Source: Candidatus Saccharimonadota bacterium (lineage in GTDB: Bacteria; Patescibacteriota; Gracilibacteria; BD1-5; UBA6164). Taken from it: DNA of 32,000 nt. The stretch's first letter is position 1; the number at the start of each line of letters is the position of its first letter. The stretch lies in NCBI GenBank assembly GCA_965229705.1, contig OZ245922.1:900001-932000 (forward strand), in the 5' to 3' direction. The position numbers and the translations under genes are program-made. This document shows, piece after piece, positions 23,112 through 32,000 of the stretch. A model generated the notes under the pieces. That model worked only from the letters and a program-made list of their open reading frames with translations, ran no database searches and had not been told where the DNA came from.

Positions 23112-23594
23112 ATGTTAAACTTACAAACACTCAAGGCAAACTCTGGATCTCGTAGAAAGTCAAAAAGGCTTGGTCGAGGAAATTCTTCGGGAAAAGGAAC
23201 ATATGCTGGAAGATGAATGAATGGTCAAAACTCACGATCATGAGGATGAGTACCGGATTGGTTTGAGGGTGGTCAAACACCTCTTTTTCGCAGAATGCCA
23301 AAACTCAAAGGGTTTTCTAATGCTCGATTTAAAAAACATTTTTCAGTGATTAATCTTTCAGATATTGATACTGCCGTAAAAAAGGGAGCAAAAGAAATTA
23401 CAAAAGAAACACTTCTTGAAGCAGGAATCGTTACAAGAAAGAACCTACCAGTAAAACTTCTTGGAAAATGAGAAATAAACTCGAAAGTACATATTTCAAT
23501 AGATGCTGCCTCTGCTTCGGCTATTTCGGCAGTAGAAAAAGTAGGTGCAAGTATTACACTCCTTTCACAAAACACAGCTCCTCAGAATGTATAA
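23112..23594 (+). CDS. rplO: 50S ribosomal protein L15 (160 aa, 4 UGA-Gly)
   Basis: [68 protein letters not shown]... It directly follows S5, with only 68 nt between them and no L30 gene. Confidence 0.94.
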
Positions 23595-23706
23595 TCCAAG
23601 GGAAAACTTGGATTTTTTCCTCTATATTTTTATAATATACTCAAATACATCTTTTCTTCTTTTTTTACCGAAGAAGTCAGAGTATAAATAGCTTTTAAAA
23701 ACATAT

Positions 23707-24975
23707 ATGATAGCTCAAATATTTACATCAATATTTTCTATAAAAGATTTACGAAAGAAAATTATTGCAACACTTCTTTTGGTTCTCGTGTACAAGTTTC
23801 TCTCAGTTATCCCTATTCCGGGAGTAAATACAGAAGGACTTGGGGCAATTATTGATTCTCAGAGAGGTCTTTCTTTTTTTTCGGCTCTTATGGGTGGATG
23901 ACTGCAAAACTTTTCTATTATACTTATGGGTCTTTCTCCTTATATCAATGCGGTGATTATTATACAGCTTCTCGGAGTTATTATCCCGCAATTGTGAGAC
24001 TTACAAAAGCAGTGAGAACAATGACAAAGAAAAGTTACAAGAATGACAAGGTGGCTTACACTACCTATCGCTTTTCTTCAAAGTTATGGAATGATTGTAC
24101 TCTTAAACTCACTCGCGGGAGGAACGATTATTGATATTACTAATATGTCAGTAGTCCTTATGGCAATGGTTATTGCAACTTGTGGAACGATATTTCTTAT
24201 GTGGCTTGGTGAAGTAATGACGGAGTATGGTATTTCTAATGGTATTTCTATTATTATTATGGCAGGAGTTCTTTCTACAACACCTGGTATTGTTATGGGA
24301 TTTCTTACTGGTTCTCAATATGTTCTCTTTGCAGGGCTTTTGGTCGCAACACTTATTATTATTTATATCATTATTAAGTTTACTGAGGGGCATAGAAGAA
24401 TACCAATTATTTACGCGAAGACAGGAGGAGAAGAAAAATCATTTTTTCCTATTAAAATAAATCAAGCAGGGATGATTCCTATCATATTTGCTGTTTCTAT
24501 TGTGACATTTCCTGCAATACTTGGTCAGATACTTGCAAATTCTAATGGTGAAAGAGCGTCAAGTGTATGAGAAACTTTGATACAGTATTTTAGCCTTCAA
24601 AATCCATCGTGGGTTTTCATAGCGATATACTTTGCCTTGGTTCTCGCATTTTCTTTTTTCTATGTTTCTATTACCTTTAATACTCAAGATATTGCTGAAA
24701 ATATTCAAAAAAGAGGAGGATATATTCCAGGAATTAGACCAGGAGAGGATACGGCTAATTATCTGCAAAAAGTATCAAACCACCTAAATCTCTTTGGAGG
24801 ATCGTTTCTTGCATTTATAGCGGTTCTTCCATATATCCTTGGGAAATTTTTAGGACAAACGGTTGATCTGATTATCTCTGGAGCTGGGCTGATCATCATC
24901 GTTTCAGTGCTCTTGGATATCATTCGTCGAGTAGACGGAGAAATGAAAATGTTTGATTATTCAAAGTATAAGTAA
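23707..24975 (+). CDS. secY: Preprotein translocase subunit SecY (422 aa, 5 UGA-Gly)
   Basis: ...FFSALMGGGLQNFSIILMGLSPYINAVIIIQLLGVIIPQLGDLQKQGEQGQRKVTRMTRWLTLPIAFLQSYG...INQAGMIPIIFA...GGYIPGIRPGEDTANYL... Four same-frame track ORFs joined. Confidence 0.96.
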
Positions 24976-24979
24976 GCCT

Positions 24980-25534
24980 CTATACCTCTATCCTCATAAT
25001 TCCATCATCCTCATCAATCTGGATAACTTCATAGTGTAAGTCAGAGTTTTCAAGGTATTCATAGAGATCCTTCATCTTATGGCGAAACTTGATCACATCA
25101 TCGATGATAATAGTTCCTCATGGTGCTAATTTTGGAAGACAAAGCTGCAGAAAAGAGAGGCTTGCCTTTTTGAGTCCGTCGATAAAGATAAAGTCATATA
25201 TTTCCTCTAAAAGAGGAATGATTTCTCGAGCATCTCAAAAATAGTGTTCAATAAGAGAATCTACCTCTGCTTTTGTAAAGTTCTCCTGAGCATCCTCATA
25301 CGCAAGCTGAGAAAACTCAATACTCGTAATCTTTCATCATCATAAATGTTTTTCTAACTCGTCAGCAAAATGAATGGTTGAATAACCATTTGCGCTTCCT
25401 ATCTCTAATATGTTCTTGTAGCCTTTTTCTCGTAAAATATTTCGCAGATACTGAGCATTTGAGGAAGAAATATTGGGAATATGATTCTTTTCCCCATGCC
25501 TTTCGAGCTCTTTTAGGAATAACTTTCGGTTCAT
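24980..25534 (-). CDS. Class I SAM-dependent O-methyltransferase (family 3, YrrM/caffeoyl-CoA-OMT-like), 184 aa
   Basis: MNRKLFLKELERHGEKNHIPNISSSNAQYLRNILREKGYKNILEIGSANGYSTIHFADEL...YDFIFIDGLKKASLSFLQLCLPKLAPGGTIIIDDVI... Convergent with secY, with 4 nt between the two stop codons. Confidence 0.75.
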
Positions 25535-25590
25535 AAGAAGAATATTTTATTATTTGTAGAGTATATTTTGTTTTAAAAAAAGTAAAAACA

Positions 25591-25619
25591 AGAAAAAAAC
25601 TTGCCTTTTCCTCTGCTCC
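25591..25619 (+). promoter_or_regulatory. sigma70-type promoter candidate
   Basis: TTGCCT (25591-96), 17-nt spacer, TATAAT (25614-19), 46 nt upstream of the ATG at 25666. Confidence 0.6.
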
Positions 25620-25665
25620 TTTGTATAATCACGCCCGTAACTTAATTATTTACTCATAATACATT

Positions 25666-26019
25666 ATGAAAAAGCTTATACACACAGGAATTGCCTCTCT
25701 TCTAGCGCTTCATGCAAGCTACGCTTCAGCGGCAATTGATTATGGAACAGGAAGAGTTGACTCTAACCTCCAATGATCATGAAACGATGTCAGCGTTGCG
25801 GCTCAACAGATAGTGAATAATCTCATGGGATTTCTTGCGCTTATTGCTGTTTTTTACGGATTATGGGGAGGATTTAATATTCTCACTGCAGGAGGCGATG
25901 AAGAAAAAGTGAAAAAAGGAAAAACAGTTCTCATACAGGTTTCTATAGGTCTTGTAATTATTTTCCTTGCATACTCTATTGTTACTTGGGTGATTGGAGC
26001 TATTCTTGGTACAAGCTAG
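25666..26019 (+). CDS. Small secreted two-TM protein resembling the TrbC/VirB2-type T4SS pilin family common in CPR (117 aa)
   Basis: MKKLIHTGIASLLALHASYASA (signal peptide), then ...AAQQIVNNLMGFLALIAVFYGLWGGFNILTAGGDEEKVKKGKTVLIQVSIGLVIIFLAYSIVTWVIGAIL. This is a helix, G-G-F-x-x-x-T/S-A-G-(D/G)-x-x-K-x-x-x-(G/A)-K loop, helix layout. 2 UGA-Gly codons. Confidence 0.55.
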
Positions 26020-26040
26020 ACATATATACAAAAAAGAAAA

Positions 26041-26072
26041 AAAGACTTTTTCCACAGAAAAGGTCTTTTTTT
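26041..26072. terminator. Bidirectional rho-independent terminator
   Basis: aaagacttttc(c) / gaaaaggtcttt hairpin (26041-26068) with an A run upstream and a T run downstream. It lies between two convergent genes. Confidence 0.7.
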
Positions 26073-26089
26073 GATAAGCAAAAAACTCT

Positions 26090-26311
26090 CTAAAAATCAA
26101 AATGTTCTTCTTCAGTTTTTGATCATTCGGTTAATTTCGCATGAATCCCGTATCCAAACACTATTCACACAATAATGGAAATCAGTGAAAGCTGCCATGC
26201 AGGACCTTGTCATACAAGGACAATAGCGGTATAAGACTGTGTCATATTTCCTAAGACAAGGATACATGAGAATAATATCCCAAGAAGGATCAGAATAGTA
26301 TTAAAATTCAT
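26090..26311 (-). CDS. Hypothetical small membrane protein (73 aa)
   Basis: MNFNTILILLGILFSCILVLGNMTQSYTAIVLVGQGPAWQLSLISIIVGIVFGYGIHAKLTEGSKTEEEHFDF. Two hydrophobic segments, 3 UGA-Gly, length divisible by 3. No family recognised. Confidence 0.4.
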
Positions 26312-26448
26312 AAAAAATATTTAAAAAACAGAGTTCTTTTCTATTATAAAATGAGAAAGCATATTTCCAAATTTTTCATCTTTACTTTGCCCTTCTATTT
26401 CGTAACATAGCTGTGATTTTCACAAAATATTCTTCAAAAAGCAAAAAA

Positions 26449-29400
26449 ATGTACCCTCATCAAAAAATAGAAAAAAAATGGCAAGAGTACTGGAAAGAAC
26501 ACAATACCTTTCAAACACCAAACTTTTCACTCAAACCAAAGTACTATGTACTTGATATGTTTCCCTATCCAAGCGGAGCAGGCCTTCATGTTGGTCATCC
26601 AGAGTGATATACCGCAAATGATATTATTGCGAGATATAAGCACGCAAAAGGCTATAATGTCCTGCATCCTATGGGTTGGGATGCTTTTGGTTTACCTGCA
26701 GAAAACTATGCAATTAAAACGGGAACACACCCGAGTATTACTACTAAAGAGAATATTGCTACTTTTAAGAGACAGATAGAGTCACTGGGGTTTTCATATG
26801 ATTGGGAAAGAGAGATAGATACGACGGATCCTGATTTTTTTCAGTGGACGCAGTGGATATTTCTCAAGCTTTTTGAACATGGCCTTGCCTATGAACAAGA
26901 CATCCCTATTAATTATTGCCCAAGCTGCGCGACAGGCCTGGCAAATGAGGAGGTTTTATGAGACTTTAGTTGTGAACGCTGTGGGGATCAAGTCGTGAAA
27001 AAAAAGATTCGCCAGTGGGTACTCGCTATTACCCAGTACGCTGAAAGACTTCTCCAAGATGTAGATGATCTTGACTGGCCCGAAGGTATCAAGGATATGC
27101 AAAGAAATTGGATAGGAAAATCGGAAGGATGCGAGTTTGAGATGAAAAAAAGAGATAATAAGAATCACTCTATTCGAGTCTATACTACCCGAGTAGATAC
27201 GGTTTTTGGGATGACTTATGCCGTGATTGCTCCTGATCATCCAGATATACAAAACTTTATTAGTGATGAGTATAGGACGGATTGTGAAACCTATATTGAT
27301 AGAGCAAATAAGCAATCAGATCAAAACAGAACTGCAGATGGAAAAGAGAAAACAGGAGTGTTTACGGGAAGCTTTGTACTAAACCCCTACAATGACGAAT
27401 CAGTTCCACTTTGGATAGCAGACTATGTTCTTGGAAACTATGGAACAGGAGCGGTTATGGCAGTTCCAGCTCATGATGTGCGAGACTTTGAGTTTGCGAA
27501 AAAATATGATTTGCCAATAAAACAGAGTATTGAGTCTCAATTTGAGTGGGATTGAGAAAAGGCAACAACTAATTATGGAACTCTCGTAAACTCTTGAGAG
27601 TATAACTGACTTACATCACAGCAAGCAAAAGAACAATTAACAGCTCTTGCGCAGGAAAAATGATTTGGAGCAAAAAAAGTAAACTATAAGCTGAGAGATT
27701 GGCTTTTTTCTCGCCAAAGATACTGGTGAGAGCCGATTCCTCTGATACATATTGAAGAAGAAGATATTGCAAAACTTCCAAGAGAGTTTTCTGAAGATGC
27801 CTGGCTGAAAGATGATATCCTTATGATAGGAGAGGAAAAAATCTCAAAAATCTATAATGGACTCTACACAAAAATCATATGTGATTATGATCTCCCTGTG
27901 AAACTTCCAGAAGTTCAAGAATATAAACCAGCAGGAGATGGAAACTCTCCACTCATCAATGTTCCAGATTTTGTAAATGTTCAAATAGCAAAAAACCTTG
28001 CAGGAAAAAGAGAGACAAACACTATGCCTCAGTGGGGATGATCGTGTTGGTATTACTTGCGTTTTATGGACCCAAAAAACAAAAACGTCTTAGTATGAAA
28101 AAACGTAGAGGAATATTGGGGAAATGTTGACTCATACGTATGAGGAGCAGAACATGCTGTCCTACATTTGCTTTATGCTCGTTTTTGGCACAAATTTCTC
28201 TATGATATAGGAGTAGTATCGACACATGAACCATTTTATAGACTCAGAAATCAGTGAATGATACTGGGTATGAGTTATAAAAATAGTAAGGGAAAGCTGA
28301 TTGCGGGCGATTTTGTTGAAGAGAGGGACGGAAAGTATTTTGATATCGAGACAGGAGATGAGCTCGAAAAAGTTCCTGCAAAGATGAGTAAATCTTTGAA
28401 AAATGTTATCAATCCTGATGATATCGTAAAAGAGTATGGGGCCGATACTCTTCGCATGTATGAGATGTATATGGCAGATTTTAAAGATGCTGCGCCGTGG
28501 GATACCAGCTCTATAGTTGGGCTACGAAGGTTTCTGGATAAGGTGTATGTTCTCTTTGTTGAAGGAAAAGAAAAGTTTGCCAGCTCAGACGAAGAAGCAT
28601 TAAAAGTCCTTCATAAAGCCATTAAAAAAATAGGAGAAGATATTGAGAACTATAAGTTTAATACGGCCATAGCCCAGCTCATGATTCTTATGAATACGGG
28701 TATACCAAAGTCTTGAGAATGACAGCGTCAGTGGAAAAAATCATTTTTGATACTTCTGCATCCATTTGCTCCTCATATGGCAGAAGAATGCTGGAAAAAA
28801 CTCAAAGAGAGTGAAAAATGAAAGAATACAGAATACAAGAAAGTATATTTTGCTACGAGCAATGCAGGAAAAATAGAGAGAGCACAAAAGTGTCTCAAGG
28901 TTCTTGATGAAAGTGTACAACTACTCTCATATCCTGATGTGCAGAAAGTTGAAGAAACATGAAACACTCCTCTTGAATGCGCTTTGCAAAAACTCGAACC
29001 ATATATATGAAAAGGTATCGAAGTTCCAGTTATTTCTGCAGATACGGCAGTATATTTTGAGTGACAAGACTTTGATCCAACTCATGTGAGACGCATAGTA
29101 CTTGAGAGTATATGAAAATCAGAAGACGATCTCAGCGCGGAAGAAATGGCAAGAGAGATGGTAGAGTTTTATAAGAAAAAAGCACAAGATGCAGGCGGAG
29201 AGCTTGAATTTTATTATCAAGATGCTTTTGCAGTACTCTTTCCAAATGGGGAGATAAAAAATTATGCCTACAATAGATACTACAAGCTGACAGATCAGCA
29301 TGAGGGGGATATACATATCCATGTTCCCATGAGATGACTGTATTATTCTTGTATTACAGGAAAAAGAGCAGCAGAAACAAGTGAAGATGATTACCTTAAA

Positions 29401-29697
29401 GAGTTTGCGTCTCAAGTAGATGCTTTTAGAGAACTTTTTGGCTATGAGAGAGAATCTATATTTTTTGAGTCTTGGCCAGAGTATGATGAACAAATTATTA
29501 TAGATAATGAGCTAACTATAGGAGTGCAAGTTTTGTGAAAGCTTCGAGGTGAGATACAGATATCAAAAAACGAAGACCAGTCTGCTGTTCTGGAAAAAGC
29601 AAAAAATAATGAAAATGTTGCGAAATGGCTTGAGGAAAAACAAATCATAAAAGAGATTTATGTTCCAGGCAAGATTGTGAATATTGTTGTGAAGTAA
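26449..29697 (+). CDS. leuS: Leucyl-tRNA synthetase with an in-frame Ham1/ITPase-like domain of about 220 aa inserted before the C-terminal domain (1082 aa, about 20 UGA-Gly)
   Basis: [15 protein letters not shown]..., LHVGHPEGYTAND (HIGH), TTRVDTVFG and [12 protein letters not shown] (CP1 editing), [58 protein letters not shown], and C-terminal VQVLGKLRGEI...[14 protein letters not shown] checked codon by codon from 28711 to 29697 that no TAA or TAG interrupts the frame. Start ATG 26449 is preferred to the GTG at 26413. Confidence 0.93.
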
Positions 29698-29757
29698 TAG
29701 AGTGAGTTATTCTTTGAATTGTGGAAATACGAAAAAGAACATACTTTTCCCCTATGA

Positions 29758-30276
29758 CTATTTTACGGCGTGATTCTTTTCTCAGCAATATGGGCATACA
29801 ACCCAACTTATTCGTATTTTCTTTCGGCAACTTTTGCATGACGTTTTGAGAGGGACTTCACAATAGGGACAAATACTAAAATTTTGCTGTACCTGATGAT
29901 GACATTCAGGGCAATAGATATATTTTTTTGAGTCTCCTTGTCATATTCTTTCTGCAACAATATTACTGAGAGTTTCAAGATCATGATCTATATCATCATG
30001 ATATTGTGTTGAAAGTGTTTTTTGAGGACGAATCATAAGATATACGATAACCCCTACAGGAGTTGAGATAATCATGAAAATCACACAAAAAAATTGAAAA
30101 AAGAAATTACTGCTGCGAGATGAAACATCCTGAGCCACCCATACAATCAGAGAAATCCAAATAACAAAAAAGTAGAGAAGTAAGAACTTGAGAGCAAACT
30201 CAAAAGTAAAGAGATCCCAAAGAACCACTGTGTAATACTCTAGAAAGGTATTTATCTGAGATGAGATATTTTCCAT
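29758..30276 (-). CDS. Membrane protein with a PLD-nuclease-N-like small TM domain and a C-terminal double zinc ribbon (172 aa)
   Basis: MENISSQINTFLEYYTVVLWDLFTFEFALKFLLLYFFVIWISLIVWVAQDVSSRSSNFFFQFFCVIFMIISTPVGVIVYLMIRP...YCPECHHQV...ICPYCEVPL...CKSCRKKI...CPYCGEK (four CxxC pairs). Extension past TGA 29941-43 was checked codon by codon to TAG 29758-60. Confidence 0.6.
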
Positions 30277-30953
30277 TGGTCGATTTTTTTATGATTACCA
30301 CTCAAGAGGACTGAAGGAATAGAAAGTCATTCAAAAACTTCTGGTTTAGTATACACAGGATATTCTTTTTGTCGAGAAAACTTTTTTGAAAAACTTTCTT
30401 CTTCATGGGATATTTGCTTTCCCAGAACTCAAGGCAACAAACGAGTGATACCATCTATAAAGACTTGAGCTGGAAGTTCTCATCCGGTAAGAATAAAGTC
30501 TCATAGTGATATTTGATAATCAACATAGAGATCAATGATTCGTTCATCAATTCATTCGTAGTGACCACATATGACAATGTATTCCGTATTATAGTTTTTC
30601 TCCTGCTGAATAAGTGTTGTTTTTCCCTCATTTGAGGTGGAGTATGAAGAAATAAAGCTCTCAAACAGTTCTTGTGACATTTTTTGTCATTGAGGAGTGA
30701 AGTATATTGTTGGAACCTTGCCTCGCTGCTGATATATATAGTTGATAGCCTTGGCAAGTGGTTCTGCTCTGAGTACCTGTCAGTGCATTCAGTATGCCTT
30801 ATCATCAATATGTCCAGAAGTTTCAGGCGAGAAATCGTTGAGTTTATAGAGTGATAGTTCCAAGAGTCATTTTTTTATTGCGTTTCAGATGATACTTGTT
30901 TTTGAGAAACTGCTGAAAGAATCAGGAAATATAGTGATAATATGAAAATGCAT
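30252..30953 (-). CDS. trmD: tRNA (guanine37-N1)-methyltransferase TrmD (233 aa)
   Basis: MHFHIITIFPDSFSSFSKTSIIGNAIKKGLLELSLYKLNDFS...IDDKAYGMHGQVLRAEPLAKAI...[54 protein letters not shown]...[31 protein letters not shown]. Its start overlaps the cmk stop (TAATG). Its 3' end overlaps the next gene by 25 nt. Confidence 0.9.
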
Positions 30954-31474
30954 TATGAAATCTGAGAGATAATATTATTGATGATTTCATCAGGAGATAG
31001 GTACTCAGCATCAATGATGATATCAAAACATGATTCTTGAGGAGGAAATCATATTTTTGGATAAATACGCTTATATCGAGTAATAAGTTCTTGTTCACGA
31101 ATACGATTCTTTTTTTCTATTTCTTGGATATCTCATCATTCTCTTTCTTGGATTCTTGTATAGCGGATTTTTTCATCACATTTGAGATATATTTTGATAC
31201 TGTCACTGATAAAATGCCAGGCAAGACGACTTTCAAAAATAAAATGATTATGAGTTTCTCCATATTCTTTTGTAGACTGATCGAGCTGTATATCAAAGTT
31301 GGTATTATTTTTTCCTATCGTTTTTTCAAACTCATAGACGCTCATTCATGCGTCAGCAGCAAATTGTCTATACATATTTCCCGTGGACATAAATGTGTAT
31401 GAGAGTTTTTCAGCCAGGAGTTTTCAAATAGTTGATGTTCCACTCCCTGCAAGTCAGAAGATGGTTATTTTCAC
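30953..31474 (-). CDS. cmk: Cytidylate kinase, short (archaeal/Cytidylate_kin2-like) type, 173 aa
   Basis: (V/M)KITIFGLAGSGTSTIGKLLAEKLSYTFMSTGNMYRQFAADAGMSVYEFEKTIGKNN...FIFESRLAWHFI... P-loop GxxGSGKS/T-like. GTG start at 31474, with no in-frame ATG nearby. Confidence 0.7.
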
Positions 31475-31569
31475 GAAAATGATTCTAAAAAATATATGAG
31501 AGGATTATAGAGAAAAAATTGGAAAAATATAGATATTTTTAGACTCTGAGAAAAATTCTTAAAAAATAC

Positions 31570-31598
31570 TTGACAATAAAATAAATATATTATATACT
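31570..31598 (+). promoter_or_regulatory. sigma70-type promoter candidate
   Basis: TTGACA (31570-75), 17-nt spacer, TATACT (31593-98), 23 nt upstream of the ATG at 31622. Confidence 0.6.
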
Positions 31599-31621
31599 AT
31601 ATATTCTCTAATAAGCTATGT

Positions 31622-32000
31622 ATGAACAATCCATCTTATTCTGGAAATCTTGAAAATTCTCACTCAGAAACAAATAGGTATCCTTCTCGTGAAGAAAGAG
31701 AGCATCAATGGCATATTATTGCTGAGGCTGCAAATGTAGATGAGTCTCAAGTGATTATTACTTCGGATAGTATTACTATAGCGGAAGTATGAACTTTTTG
31801 TTTTAATGATGAAGCAGGGACATATAATTATGCAGAAGCTTTAGAATACAAATATCTTCCTGATATCACCGTATGGGAGAATCTCATAAAGTTTATGACC
31901 GATTGGAATCCTGAACATAAAATAACCTTTCTTAAAGAAGTTATGAATATGAATATCATGTTCAAAAATGATATTTGGAGCTTTTATTGTGCTTCTAATG
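31622..32000 (+). CDS. Hypothetical protein, 5' part only (runs off the window)
   Basis: MNNPSYSGNLENSHSETNRYPSREEREHQWHIIAEAANVDESQVIITSDSITIAEVGTFCFNDEAGTYNYAEALEYKYLPDITVWENLIKFMTDWNPEHKITFLKEVMNMNIMFKNDIWSFYCASN... Open to the window end with 1 UGA-Gly. The ATG at 31618 is in a frame that stops after 19 codons. No family recognised. Confidence 0.5.

Noticed and set aside
14614-24975. Fragmented ribosomal-protein ORFs could indicate pseudogenes, frameshifts or a poor assembly
   Set aside because: All fragments of each gene lie in the same frame and are separated only by TGA. TGA coincides with conserved glycines, and genes end at TAA or TAG. A sense reassignment (code 25) explains everything without any frameshift.
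26413-26448. GTG at 26413 as the leuS start (as used by the ORF track)
   Set aside because: The ATG at 26449 gives [15 protein letters not shown], the usual LeuS N-terminus. The 12 upstream codons ([11 protein letters not shown]) look like translated A/T-rich leader. This cannot be settled without N-terminal data.
28804-29466. The LeuS insertion as an intein
   Set aside because: There is no Cys/Ser/Thr at the N-terminal junction, no His-Asn plus nucleophile at the C-terminal junction, and no Hint or homing-endonuclease blocks. The motifs resemble the Ham1/ITPase family instead.
28804-29466. The LeuS insertion as a separate gene nested between two leuS fragments
   Set aside because: There is no TAA or TAG anywhere in frame from 26449 to 29697 (checked codon by codon from 28711). 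The LeuS C-terminal domain resumes in the same frame immediately after the insert. An assembly chimera cannot be excluded without reads.
29119-29493. 124-aa minus-strand ORF
   Set aside because: It is antisense to the leuS insertion region and is hydrophobic low-complexity sequence typical of antisense AT-rich coding DNA.
30455-30808. 117-aa minus-strand track ORF
   Set aside because: It is the wrong frame within trmD. The frame starting at 30953 gives the full TrmD signature.
31037-31402. 121-aa plus-strand ORF
   Set aside because: It is antisense to cmk, whose minus-strand frame carries the P-loop GLAGSGTST and continues through TGA codons.

Overview
AT-rich bacterial window that is only coherent under genetic code 25 (UGA = Gly). 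The supplied ORF track breaks nearly every gene at TGA. Reading TGA as Gly restores full-length conserved proteins, with TGA sitting on invariant glycines. This points to a Gracilibacteria (BD1-5) or Absconditabacteria (SR1) type CPR/Patescibacteria genome. I cannot tell which from the sequence alone.

Contents, in order:
- tRNA(CAU), then an rRNA operon (16S, 23S, 5S) followed by tRNA-Arg(UCU) and tRNA-Val(UAC). The 23S carries a 721-nt group I intron that encodes a LAGLIDADG homing endonuclease.
- A 528-aa membrane permease, a small ABM-like protein, a THUMP RNA methyltransferase, prs and pheS.
- A four-gene restriction-modification island: methyltransferase, HNH nuclease, HTH controller, Dam-like methyltransferase.
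- A 20-gene ribosomal-protein cluster, rplC to secY. It lacks rpsJ at its head and has no L30.
- An O-methyltransferase, a T4SS-pilin-like small protein and a tiny membrane protein.
- An unusually long leuS with a Ham1/ITPase-like domain inserted in frame.
- A cmk-trmD-(membrane zinc-ribbon protein) operon on the minus strand, and a partial hypothetical gene.

Most notable findings: the LeuS insertion, the recoded intron homing endonuclease, the recoded R-M island sitting where rpsJ is expected, and an altered anti-Shine-Dalgarno tail with no SD motifs upstream of genes.

All protein calls come from hand translation and remembered family motifs. No searches were run.
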